A stretch of 64,000 bases of DNA, from contig NC_087251.1 of assembly GCF_037042905.1 (NCBI RefSeq), forward strand, positions 27,406,001 to 27,470,000, given 5' to 3'. How positions within the stretch are numbered: the first letter of the stretch is position 1; each line of letters opens with the position of its first letter. The notes under the pieces were generated by a model. The model ran no database searches and was not told where the DNA came from. It worked only from the letters and a program-made list of their open reading frames with translations. Below, piece by piece: positions 36,594 through 49,040 of this stretch. The translations under genes were made by a program, and so were the position numbers. The DNA is from Lytechinus pictus (taxonomy: Eukaryota).

Positions 36594-39200
36594 GGACGTT
36601 CCACAGTTAAAATGAAGTCCATGTCATTTCACCAAATTTTGCAGAGAGTTACTTTGGTATCTATGCATTGTGAAAATGCAAAAAATAATATAGGTTCATG
36701 TGCTCATTTTTTCTAAGGGTCTTCAAAGTTGCCGTATTAAAATGATATGCAATCTTGCGCAATCAAGAGAATCATGCCTCTCTTAGACCTCACGAATTCA
36801 CCAAATTAGTTTAAATCATCTTTACTCAGTGGATACCGCATCAAACTTCATCAAATTTTCAAGATATATAATAAAGTGTATATCAAAGTAAGAGAAAGTC
36901 TTTTAATTGGTGAAACTATATCTATTTGGAGTCAGCAGCGCCCTCATTTGGCAAGAATGGGGCAAAAACTCGGAAAAAACAAATCTTCAAAGACGTGAAT
37001 CTAAAATTTAAAAAGGTATTTTGTATGCTGCACTTTTTTCAAAATCCATGTCATTTTCATCAAATTCGGCTTAATTGCAGAGGAATGCATATCGAAGGTG
37101 TAGGGAAGTTATAAATATTGGGTCCATGTGCTCGTTTTTTAACTATGAGTGTCCAAAGTGATGCGAGTTGGCATGAAAATGCGCCCAAAACGTGCAAAAG
37201 TTAATACCGTCTAAAATGCGAATGGTTCCGTATAGTTTTGCCCCCAAACATTCAAAATCCATGTCATTTTCATCATACTCTCTAGATTTGGAGAAGAATA
37301 TATTCTGAAGACATTAAAATATTAAAATTATGGGGTCCATGTGCTCGTTTTTAAACTAGTGGTGTCCCAAGTGTTGCAAGTTGGCTTGAAAATCGCCTAA
37401 AAAGCGCCGAAAACATGCAAAAGTCTCTTAATGCCCTCTAAAATTCAAATGGTTCCATATTTCGCTCCTAAACATTCAAAATCCATGTCCGACTTTTTCA
37501 TCGTACTCTCTAGATTTGTAGAGGAATATATTTTAAAGGCATTAAAATATTAAGAGTATGGGGTCCATGTGCTCGTTTTTAAACTATCAATGTCCAAAGT
37601 GTTGCGAGTTGGCTTTAAAATATTGAAATCCACCAAAAATGCGCCGAAAACGTGCAAAAGTCTAATAATACTGTCTAAAATGCGAATGGTTCCGTAGTTT
37701 TGCCCCCAAACATTCAAATCCATGTCATTTTCATCATACTCTCTAGATTTTTAGAAGAATACACTCTGAAGCCGTTAATATATTAAAAATATGGGGTCCA
37801 TGTGTTCGTTTTTAAGTTATCAGTGTCCAAAGTGTTCCGAGTTCGCTTAGAAATCGCCTAGAATGCGCCGAAAACATGCAAAAGTCTCTTAATACCCTCT
37901 AAAATGCAAATGGTTCCATATTTCGCTCCCAAACATTCAAAATCCATGTCAAAAGTCTAATAATACTGTCTAAAATGCGAATGGTTCCGTAGTTTTGCCC
38001 CCAAACATTCAAAATCCGTGTCATTTTCATCATACTCTCTAGATTTGTAGAGGAATATATTCTAAAGCCGTTAAAATATTAAAAACTTGGGGTCCATGTG
38101 CTCGTTATCATATTATCCATGTCTAAATTGTTGCGAGTTGACTTGAAACAGTCTATAATGCATCCAAAACGGGCAAAAGTCTAATACCGTCCAAATGTCT
38201 AAAATATGAATGTTCCTTAGTCCTGCTCCCAAACATTCAAAATCCATGTCATTTTCATCATACTCTCTCGATTTGTAGAGGAATATATTCTGAAAAAGTC
38301 AAGACATTTAAACTATGGGGTCCATGTGCTCGTTTTCAAATTATCAGTGTCCAAAGTATTGCGAGTTGGCTTGAAACAGCCCAAAATGCACCAAAAACAA
38401 GCATAAGTCTGTTAATACCGTCTAAAATGCAAATGGTTCCGTAGTCTTGCTCCCCAACATTTAAAATCCATGTCATTTTCATCATACTTTGCACATAGAT
38501 ACTTTAGCACCTGAATATTCCAAATATGCAAAAATTAACATGGGTCTATGTGCTTTTTTTTTTGCTATTGAGCTTCAAAGTTAATCCAAAATGGATGATG
38601 TTCTTAAGAATTGCGCATCCAAAAGAATTTAGCATTTTTAGACCTCACGAGATCACAGCAATATGAGTTTAAAGCTCTATTACTTAGTCAAAATCCATTA
38701 AAATTTCATCACATTACCTACAGCTGACTAATCACCAGTTCATCCATTGTAGATGAACAGGTGATTGATCAGCTGTAGGTATGAGCTGATTGTTCTCCTT
38801 AGCTGCACTAACTTCAGATCCGATGTGTTATTTTATAAAGCTAAATTAATAAACTGGATTTATTCCATGGACCATTTTTTTAAATTCCTCTACAATTTCA
38901 AAATACTTTACTCTGTAGTGCGGCAAAGTATGACGAATATGACCCCGAGTTCGAATAAAATGTAGAATGGTTTGGAATTTTTTCTCACGATACGAAGCTT
39001 TTCGGCGCGTTTTAGGGGGTTTAGAAAGCACATTTGCTCTCATAAAAGAGCTGATAATTTGAAAACAAGCAAACAAGGACATGAACCCACTTTTTTAAAT
39101 CTTTGCACCTCTAAGGTATACCTTCCTCTCAGTGGCGTACCTAGGATTTTCCACAGGGGGGGGGGGCAAAACCGTCGGAAAAAACGCAAAAAAATTGACA

Positions 39201-39231
<31 letters not shown>

Positions 39232-41831
39232 GGTCTTCACTCAAAAATAATGGAATTCGTACCCAAAAAAATTAGACAAGCAAAAAAAAAGAAAGAAAAA
39301 AAAAAAAAAAAGGTCTTCAAGCTCGTCAGGGGGGGGGGGGGCAAATACGGTCTTCAAACTCGTCAGGGGGGGCAAAAAAGGTCTTCAAGCTCGTCAGGGG
39401 GGCAAATACGGTCTTCAAACTCGTCAGGGGGGCAAAAAAGGTCTTCAAGCTCGTCAGGGGGGGGCATGGATACGTCTTTTGCATGGGTTGTGACTCGTCA
39501 GGGGGGGGCAGACTGCCCCCCTGCCCCCCCCCCCCCGTAGGTACGCTAGTGCTTCCTCTACTACTTTGCAAAGTTTGGTGAAAATGACATGGTTTTGAAT
39601 AAAGTACAGCATTTCTTGTATACTTCTCAAGTTTGTTATTGAAATTTCACATTTTTTTAGGTTGAATTTTTGTTGTCTTTCGCGCAATCTCTGAGAATTG
39701 AGAATGCTGTTAGACTTAAAAGGGCAAATAAATACCAATATAAATAGATTATCCATCATAAGGATACAATTATTGATTATAATGCGAAAATTTTATGAAA
39801 TTTTCATGGATTTTGACTGAGTAATAGAGCTTTAAACTTCTTGTTGTGATCTCGTGAGGTCTAAAAATCCCAAATTCTTTTGAATGCGCATTTCGGGGTG
39901 AAGTTTGAAGCTATATAGCAAAACATCAAGAACATGGACCCATGTTAATTATTGCATATTTGGAATATTAAGGTGCTAAAGTATCTATGTGCAAGGTATG
40001 ATGAAAATGACATGGATTTTCAATGTTTGAGAGCAAGACCACGGAACCATTCGCATTCTTGACGGTATTATCAAACTTTTGGTTGCTTATGTTTTCGGCG
40101 CATGTTGGGCTGTTTCAAGCCAACTCGCAATACTTTGGACACTGATAATTTAAAAACGAGCACATGAACCCCATATTTTTAGTGTTTGAACGCCTTCAAA
40201 ATATATTCCTTTAGTAATGTAGAGAGTATGATGAAAATGATATGGATTTTGAATGTTTGGGAGCAGAACTACGGAATCATCCGTATTTTAGATTGGACGG
40301 TATTAGACTTTTGCCGGTTTTAGGCGCATTTTTTACTGTTTCAAGCCAACTCGAAACACTTTGGACACTAATAATTTAAAAACGAGGACATGGAACCCCA
40401 TATTTTTATTATTTTAATGTCTTCAGAATAAATTTCTCTACAAATCTAGAGAGTAAGATGAAAATGACATGGATTTTTAATGTTTGGGACGAAATATAGA
40501 ACCATTTGCATTGTTAGGGGTATTAAGAGACTTTTGCATGTTTTCGGCGCATTTTAGGCGATTTCAAGCCAACTCGGAACACTTTGGACACTGATAACTT
40601 AAAAAAAGGAGCACATTGACCCCATATCTGTAATATTTAAACGGCTTTAGAATGTATTTTTCTACAAATCTAGAAAGTATGATGAAAATGACATGGATTT
40701 TGAATGTTTGGGAACGAAATATAGAACCATTTGCATTATTAAGAGACTTTTGAATGTTTTCGGCGCATTTTAGGCGATTTCAAGCCAACTCGGAACACTT
40801 TGGACATCGATAACTTAAAAAAAGGAGCACATTGACCCCATATCTTTAATATTTTAACGGCTTTAGAATATATTCCTCTACAAATCTAGAGAGTATGATG
40901 AAAATGACATGGATTTTGAATGTTTGGGAACGAAATATAGAACCATTTGCATTGTTAAGGGTATTAAGAGACTTTTGCATGTTTTCGGCGCATTTTAGGC
41001 GATTTCAAGCCAACTGGGAACACTTTGGACACTGATAACTTAAAAAACGAGCACATTAACCCCATATCTTTAATATATAACGGCTTTAGAATATATTCCT
41101 CTACAAATCTATAGATTATGATGAAAATGAAATGGATTTTGAATGTTTGGGAGCAAAACTACGGAAACATTCGCATTTTAGACGGTATTATTAGACTTTT
41201 GCACGTTTTCGGCGCATTTTAGGCGATTTTCATGCCAACTCGCAACAGTTTTGACACTCATAGTTAAAGAACAAGCACATGCATGGACCCTATATTTTTA
41301 ACTTCCCTACATCTTCCATATACATTCCTTTACAGTTTAGCCGAATTTTATGAAAATGACATGGATTTTGAAAAAAGTGCAGCTTACAAAATACTTTTTT
41401 AAGTTTTGAGTAGATTCACGTCTTTGAAGATTTTGTTTTTCTCGAGTTTTTGCACCATTCTTGCCAAATGAGGGCGCTGCTGACTCCAAATAGGTAGGCC
41501 TATAGTTTTACCAATTAAAAGACTTTCTCTTACTTTGGTATACACTTTTTTATATATCTTGAAAATTTGATGAAGTCTGATGCGGTATCCACTGAGTAAA
41601 GATGGTTTAAACTCATTTGGTGAATTCGTGAGGTCTAAGAGAGGCATGATTCTCTTGATTGCGCAAGATTGCATATCATTTTAATACGGCAACTTTGAAG
41701 TCCCGTAGAAAAAAAAAACGAGGACATGAACCTATATTATTTTTTGCATTTTCATAGTGCATAGATACCAGAGTAACTCTTGCAAAATTTGATGAAAATG
41801 ACATGGATTTCATTTTAACTATGGAACGTCC
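36594..41831. mobile_element. 5.2-kb foldback non-autonomous DNA transposon, Kolobok-like
   Basis: Termini ggacgttccacagttaaaatgaa / ttcattttaactatggaacgtcc, with ttta and ttaa flanks. Inverted arms of about 2 kb are each built of ~230-240-bp tandem units containing aaaatccatgtcattttcatca. Confidence 0.8.
39130..39551. mobile_element. hAT-like MITE nested in the foldback element
   Basis: TIRs cagtggcgtaccta / taggtacgctagtg, a perfect 8-bp TSD cttcctct, and internal ~30-bp ggtcttcaagctcgtcagggggg repeats. Confidence 0.85.
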
Positions 41832-41865
41832 TTAAGAGGTTTAAGAAGATTTTTTTAGCATGAAA

Positions 41866-42120
41866 ATTCTTCTTCTCCTCCCTCGTCTTTTTCTCCTCCT
41901 CCTCCTTCTTCTTCTTCTCCTTTTTCTTCCTTTTTCTCCTTCTTCTTCTCCTTCTTCTTCTTCTTCTCCTTCTTCTTCTCCTTCTTCTTCTTCTTCTTCT
42001 TCTTCTTCTCCTTCTTCTTCTTCTTCTTCTTCTTCTTCTTCTCATTCTTCTTCTTTTTCTTTTTCTTTTTTTTTCTTTTTCTTCTCCTTCTTCTTCTCTA
42101 GATCTCCTTCCCCTTCTCCT
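41866..42120. repeat. (CTT)n/(CTC)n microsatellite
   Basis: Directly visible. Confidence 0.9.
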
Positions 42121-42226
42121 TATTCTCACCCATTGGCACTTGAAGCGGATAGGGGCAGGGGCAGTCACCCTAATTAAGAAGCCAAGAAGATGAGTCCACC
42201 TGAGCTATTTTCCCCTCCCCTCAATT

Positions 42227-43634
42227 CACTGGCGTAAATCCGTGTTGATGGGTGGGGGGATGACTGAAATATGATAGGTACCTGTCTCGCTAAACAATAC
42301 GAGGGCGAAGCGCGAGCTGAAGTTTTCGTATATTTTGACCCCAAACAGCGAGATTTTGAGGAATATATTTTAGGAATCCATTAAGAGAATGCATATCTCA
42401 CCATAGTCATCTAATGCGAGTGCCAAGCGCTTGCTGGTTTATAAGAATTACATCTGAACACATGAAACACTTTTTGTATAGTCATTGCAATCATGATTAT
42501 CATACGCATCTCATTAATCAAATATTGCGAGCGCGAAGCGCGAGCTGAAAATTTAGATAATTCAGACCTGAAGTGGGGCATTCTAAGGTTTCTTTGTAGG
42601 AATTAACTAGGACCATACGTATTTCAATATCCAAATGATGCGAGCGCGAAGCGCGAGCTGAAAATTTTTGATATTTAGATCAGAAGAAGGGACATTTTAA
42701 GGACTGATTTTAGGAATTCATGAAGAGCAGACATATCTCACCAATCCACCAATGCGAACGTAATCACGGACAGGAAATATATACGAAGACCTTAACATGG
42801 GGCAATCACTTTTTGAGTCATGAAAAAGAAGCATATGTCACTACATAAAACAATGATAACTCAAGTGCTAGGAAATATATTTGGTTTATATTGACTTGAA
42901 AACGGGATGTTTCAGTACAACAGGATTATATATCTCGTTAACAGACAATGCAAGCACCAGGAACAATGAAGGCGTAGGCCCTGGGCAAATTATGTTTCAT
43001 AAAGTTATGATAAAAATGTTTCTTATGTAATGTAAAATAACATAATTATAATATAACATTATAATGAATAATATTTTCTTCTTTCCCACTATACGCTTCT
43101 CTTCATTTCTCCCTCTTTTCCCCTTTTCCCCGTTTCTTTTTTTGGGGTCAGCAGATGGGGGGGGGGGGGGGGCATGTGCCCCCCATGCCCCCCGTAGTTA
43201 CCCCACTGTATGTCCATATGGCAAATACCCCTCCAATATTATTATCTTTTTTACCCCCTCATGGTTTAATGGTTTTTATTAGAGATTACATTAAAAAAGA
43301 ATTGACATTCCATCTTAATCCTTTCCCAAAGACCCCAACATTGATGAATTGGAAGAAACGGGGGTTTCTCTTCAATGTTATAATAAGGACATAAGTATTT
43401 CGTTTGGAAATGGTGAACTGGCTCTTTATTTGCATTTTATGATTCAATAATATTGTTTTATTTGTTAAGCGGTATTTCAGGAAGAATTTTCACCAATAAA
43501 CGATAAAACAATTATCTCTTGTGATTTTTTTCATTTCTTTCGTAAAGAGTGGGGGATGTTTGTACAGGCCACCCCCCCCCCTCCTCGAAAAGTGGGGGGA
43601 TATATCCCCCCATCCCCCGGGATTTACGCCAGTG
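42227..43634. mobile_element. hAT-like non-autonomous element
   Basis: TIRs cactggcgtaaatcc / ggatttacgccagtg, 8-bp TSD cctcaatt/tctcaatt (7/8), and internal gcgagcgcgaagcgcgagc repeats. Confidence 0.75.
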
Positions 43635-43752
43635 TCTCAATTGCTTCCAGTGCGCGCCTGCTTCTTCCTGTCCATCTAAGACTACTTTCGATTTATTTAT
43701 ATATTTATTTATTTAGTGTTTATTTATTTATTTCATTTCTTAAAATCACCAG

Positions 43753-43945
43753 TGTATTCGAGTCACATTGAAGAGACTGGTATGAGCGATGTAGAGATGG
43801 AGCGAAGAAGGACCTACTGTATCCGGATCTCACGTGTTAGTAAGAGAGATACCCTTGAACTACGCCCTGTTCATTGCGCATCAGGCTTCGAGTTCTGTTT
43901 CACATCTACCACTTGTTGCTGTGAGAAAATTCCAGAGAAAAGGAA
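43753..43945 (+). CDS. Type I membrane protein, coding exon 2: six-cysteine ectodomain
   Basis: caccag| acceptor and |gtaagt donor, phase 1/2. Encodes (V)YSSHIEETGMSDVEMERRRTYCIRISRVSKRDTLELRPVHCASGFEFCFTSTTCCCEKIPEKR. Confidence 0.82.
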
Positions 43946-44649
43946 GTAAGTTGTCCACTACAAGTCGCGACGGTCCACCGTTATAATCGCGATATGAATA
44001 CATAATATTCCTTATAAAAATGAGTGCAAGATATCAGGTTCAAAATAAAGTGTAACTTTATTATGTGCTTCCAGTGATTTTTAAGAGAGGGCTTTTGAAA
44101 AAAAGTGGTATTCTCAAAAGATAAAAATCAAAGCACAATGTATATTAGAAGTCCATCATTAATGAAATATATTTTTACGGCCGACACTGGATGTGATAAC
44201 ATGAGCGATTGGAAGCATCGACAGTCGAAGCATAATTGTATAGATATAACTAAACAAAAAATGTTTTGCCCCTTGATTAAGATGATGATGATAATAATAA
44301 TGACGATGATAATAATAATAATAATAGTAATAATAATGATAATAATAATCCTAATATAATAATAATAATTAATAATGATAGTAATAATAACAATAACAAT
44401 GCTTATTCTTATTTACACAATGGGTAGCCAGTTCAGCTCTTATGAGCTGTGGCAGGCCCCGCTTCAGCATTCGGGGTCGCCCCCATTTTCATTCCATTGT
44501 TAATGTCAATTTTTAATAGGTAAATAGCAACCAAACAACAAAAGAGTATCAAAACAGACTTTCTTTTTTCTAATCTTTTCTCAGTCTAAACACATTTATT
44601 GTCCTTCAGGTTAATTCCCATTATGAATGACATTTTTTTCTTTATATAG

Positions 44650-44750
44650 TTCCAAGGCGTTAGCCATTGGTCTAGGAGTTGGTGGGGTTTTTCTCTCTCT
44701 TGTCATCTTCCTCGCTTTCTATATGTGTATGAGAAGACCAATGAGGAGTG
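44650..44750 (+). CDS. Type I membrane protein, coding exon 3: transmembrane helix
   Basis: tttatatag| acceptor and |gtaagt donor, phase 2/1. Encodes (N)SKALAIGLGVGGVFLSLVIFLAFYMCMRRPMRS: a hydrophobic helix followed by Cys and basic stop-transfer residues. Confidence 0.85.
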
Positions 44751-45139
44751 GTAAGTAACTGATACGTTTGCATCATTCACGTTCACTGAGATTCATCCCT
44801 CCAAAATTGAACGGGAATTGTCAGTTATATAGTATTCTGTTTTGACCGCGAAGAACTGGTCCACGAAGTGCTCATTGAAAGAGCGCCATCTGCGGCAAAC
44901 ATGACAGATTACTAATTTTGATTGCTCCAACTTTAGTAGCAGAAGTGGTGCAATGGATGAGGAAAGCATAGGCGATATGTCACTTTAGATCTGTAAGGGA
45001 TTAAACCAAAATTAAAAGGTAACAAACGAAAAAATAATGGAGAAATTTGAGAAAAAAAAAGAAAAAGAAAGAAAACATATTGGGAAAAGGGTGCAGAGAC
45101 GTTTGTAGGTATGTAGCCTTTTTGAACCATGCACATGTA

Positions 45140-45335
45140 CACTCTTAAAATGTTGGCCGCAACATACTGTCCACACAACAATTGGTTAAAAAATATCAAA
45201 CTCTGTGTAGTTTTTAACCAATACTGTGTAGTTCTCACCCAAAACACACATTATTGGTTTAAAACTACCCAGAATTGGACAAAGTTTTAACCAATTGTTG
45301 TTAGGACAGTATGTTGCCCAACATTTTTAAGAGTG
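45140..45335. mobile_element. Palindromic MITE
   Basis: TIRs cactcttaaaatgttgg / ccaacatttttaagagtg, TA on both sides. Confidence 0.7.
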
Positions 45336-45752
45336 TATGATATCTTATATGTTCTGGAAGTGCGACACCCTCTCTTTTCAATAACATAAACAAACATAAT
45401 AAAATTTGAATTGATTCGTTAAAAATATTGAAGTCAAATTGTCGCGATAACCTGAGACTATGACACTAAAAAATTGCAAAGTTTTCATTAAGATATAGGC
45501 CCTAATTATTATTTTTTTGTCCTACTGTTTTTATGTTGTAATAACGTATTTTGATGTGTTTCTGTGCTGATGGTCATAATCTTTTATAAACTGAAGAGAA
45601 GCAAGAAAAAACTAACACACTAGTCCAAAATGAAATAAAGGTATCTACAGTATTCCAACAAACCATATATTATGGGAGTAATTATGATGTCCTTGTAATT
45701 TTTACGGCGAAAACCCTTATTCTTTGTTGACCATCATTGTAATTTTATTTAA

Positions 45753-46353
45753 AGGTCAAGTCCACCTCATAAAAATGTTGATTTGAATCAATAGAGAAAA
45801 ATCAGGCAAGCATTATGCTGAAAATTCATCAAAATCGGATGTAAAATAAGAAAGTTATGACAGTTTAAAGTTTAGCTTATTATTCACAAAATAGTTATAT
45901 GCACAATTTAGTCATATGCAAATGATATATCGATGATGTCCCTCACTCACTATTTCTTTTGTTTTTTATTGTTCGAATTATACATTATTTCAATTTTTGC
46001 AGATTTGACAATATGGACCAACTTGACTGAACCATAAAATGTTAAGCAATGGTAATTCAACATGTTCAGGGAGAAATAAAACTTTGTTTTACAGGACAAT
46101 GAGGAGAAAATTAGAATATTTCATATTTCATATAATAAAATACAAAAATAATAGTGAGTGAGTGATGTCATCAGTTCCCTCATTTGCATACCGACCAGGA
46201 TGTGCAAGTAACTGTTTTGTGAAATTAGGCAAAACTTTAAAATTTCAGAACTTTTTTATTTTACATCCGATTTTGATGAAATTTTCAGTGTTATGCTTGT
46301 TGGATTTTTCTCTTTTTATTCAAATCAAATTTTTGTTGGGGTGGACTTGTCCT
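45753..46353. mobile_element. Kolobok-like non-autonomous element
   Basis: TTAA on both sides; TIRs aggtcaagtccacc...ttgatttgaat / attcaaatcaa...ggtggacttgtcct. Confidence 0.75.
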
Positions 46354-46567
46354 TTAAATAAAAAGAATGCCGTGATATTTTGAAAAATGAAACAAGGCAT
46401 AGATGATCAGTATAACAGACTATAGGCCCTAATTATGTATGAGTTATCATTAAAAAGTGAACAAATTAATATGGGCACAATCGCAAATAGATTGGACTTT
46501 AAATTAAGAGATATATGTAGGCCTATAAGCATAAGTTTTATTCGTTAATATTCTTTTTTTTTCGAAG

Positions 46568-46894
46568 TTCCTCCTCCTCCTGGCACCGCTGACCGTCGAT
46601 CGACCAGCAAACCTCCATTTTCAGATACAAGTAGTAGACAGAACTACACATCTAAATATGGCTCTTCCCCTTCATCTTATTACGGAGACCCGTCGGAGAA
46701 GTACGGACCGCCGTCGACGAGGTACGGATACGCTCCGGGGGCCATGGATGGTGAAAGTCTGGACGGTTTCGATGTAGGGAAAGTGGCGCCGTTATCCATA
46801 TCGGGCAATCTCCCTCCACCAGCTTACAGCGAGCATTCGTTTGCTGTCGGACCCGGTCCGGCTGGACCAGTGGTACTCTACAAACCTGGACGAG
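46568..46894 (+). CDS. Type I membrane protein, coding exon 4: Pro/Ser/Tyr-rich cytoplasmic region with PPxY motif
   Basis: tttttcgaag| acceptor and GAG|gtgggt donor, phase 1/1, GC-rich open frame. Encodes (V)PPPPGTADRRSTSKPPFSD...SGNLPPPAYSEHSFAVGPGPAGPVVLYKPGR. Confidence 0.85.
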
Positions 46895-46928
46895 GTGGGT
46901 AGGCCAACATTAATCCCCTATACCCTCC

Positions 46929-47098
46929 CAGTGGCGTACCTAGGATTTTCCAGGATTTTCGTCAGGGGGGGGGGGGGGGCAAAAAGGTCTTTCAAGCTCG
47001 TCAGGGGGGGGGAGGCAAGGATACATGCATGGGTGGTGGCTCGTCAGGGGGGGGGGGCAGACTGCCCCTCTGCCCCCCCCCCCGTAGGTACGCTAGTG
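46929..47098. mobile_element. hAT-like MITE (short copy of the 39130-39551 family)
   Basis: Same TIRs; perfect 8-bp TSD taccctcc. Confidence 0.85.
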
Positions 47099-47180
47099 TA
47101 CCCTCCCCTTCAAATAATTTTTAAAAATCAGATAATATTTAGTTTTCGTTTTCTTTGCCTGTTGAGCTATGCTGCTGCAG

Positions 47181-47670
47181 CGGTGACCCGACAATTGCTC
47201 CGCCGACATCTGCTCCGCCGACAATTGCTACGCAAAATAAGACAATTGCTCCGCCGACAATTGCTCCGGACAATTGCTCCGCCGACAGTTGCTCCGTCGA
47301 CACTTGCTCCGCCGATATGTGCTCCGTCGACACTTGCTCCGCCGTTACTTGCTCCGCCGATATTTGCTCCGCCGACATCTGCTCCGCCGACATCTGCTCC
47401 GCCGAAAATTGCTCCGCCGACAATTGCTCCGCCGATAATTGCTCCGCCGACATCTGCTCCGATTATACGACAATTGCTCCGCGACAATTGCTCCGCCGAT
47501 ATTTGCTCCACCGAAAATTGCTCCGATTATACGACAATTGCTCCGCGACAATTGCTCCGCCGATATTTGCTCCGCCGAAAATTGCTCCGATTATACGACA
47601 ATTGCTCCGCGACAATTGCTCCGCCGATATTTGCTCCGCCGACATCTGCTCCGATTATACGACAATTGCA
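47181..47670 (+). repeat. 15-bp minisatellite array (gacaattgctccgcc)n, left arm of a putative 5.8-kb element
   Basis: About 30 variant units; an inverted homolog lies at 52590-52985. Confidence 0.85.
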
Positions 47671-49040
47671 TGAACATCTTATTTCTCCAAGTTGGTCTAT
47701 ATTAAATGATAAGAAATTCATCCTGATACAAATTGTTTTGTCGTTGTTTTGTTCTTGTTATTCGTTAATGTTTTATTTATTTTATTTTCCCCCTATCATC
47801 ACAGCTTTATGCTTAAAAAACAAAACAAATTGTTCTCCCTGCCGCTGCCACTTGACAAATTGTAACGGAGAAGGGGAATGACACACTCCCCATTGAAATT
47901 GTGAATCTGGATTTTTGTTCATATATTATTATCATTGGTTTCACTCCGGTCTTGAGCGGGGAGAGAATTTGGGGGGGGGGGTGCTGGACACAATATCTCT
48001 TCTGCTTTCCAGCAACTTATACACCATACATTCGCGCGGGCTCTCTCTCTCTCTTTCTCGTTCTGTTCTTTCACGTTGTTTATTTTTATTGGTGACCGCT
48101 TGATTTATTGTATATTTATCAGTATTATAATTATTAATATTTTTATCAATAATTTTTATTTACGTCTTCGGCCTTATCTACCCTTGCACTTTTTTTCCTT
48201 CAATTTGTTTCAAACGAAAGTATGATCATCACTGGCGTACAGATGGGGGAGGGGCGTGCTAGGGGTCACGGATCCCCCATTCTCCCTACCAATGAAAAAA
48301 AAAAGAATAAAGGAAAGGAAAATAAATGTCATCCTTGTCTCGCCCCCTCCATTTTTTTGTTGTTGGCTCATTACGCGACTGGTGAGTTACTATAAAACTA
48401 GACTTCGGTTGTATTTTTGTTCTATTCTGTGCAATAGCGACAATATAAATATATTATAATAAATGAATATATGTATGTATTTCTCTCATTACGTCTAAAC
48501 AAATAATGTTATTTCTAAAAGACAATAATATATATACCAGCAATAATATAGTTACAAATTCATGAAACCCATTACGCATCTCACTGAATTTATAATGCGA
48601 GCACAAAGCACGAGCTGTTATTGACATGGAAAGGGGACATTTATACGCCTTTTTTAGATTGTAAACATGAAGCATATATCTCGGGGGGGGGGGGGGTATC
48701 TCGTAAAAGAAATGAGAGCACGATGCGTTAATTGAATATTTTTGATATATTTACCAGAGTTACAGTTCTATATATTTCCTTTTCTTTGTGTTATTTCTTT
48801 CGACAAACTGTAATTGAAGTATTGAAGAGTATATAGGCTGTTACGCCTGCTGATCATGATAGAATGTGGATTATTTTGCTGATTCATTAGATCTTAACAT
48901 GTGTTCTTTAAATTTGGTAATTTGGGTACATGTTAGAAACACAGGCATTGTGCATTCAGATGCACATTGTGGAAATGAGATTCAGTATTCCTTGCAGCTA
49001 AGAAAGGTTTTGAAAATGACACTACTCTCAATTACATGTA

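Noticed and set aside
47181..47670. CRISPR-like appearance of short regular repeats
   Set aside because: Units are contiguous with no unique spacers, there are no cas genes, and the context is eukaryotic.
46841..47881. 346-aa ORF and overlapping CSAD/IAPP/RRQLL repeat ORFs (also 52501-53098)
   Set aside because: These are translations of a stop-poor 15-bp minisatellite open in several frames. The real exon (46568-46894) uses another frame.
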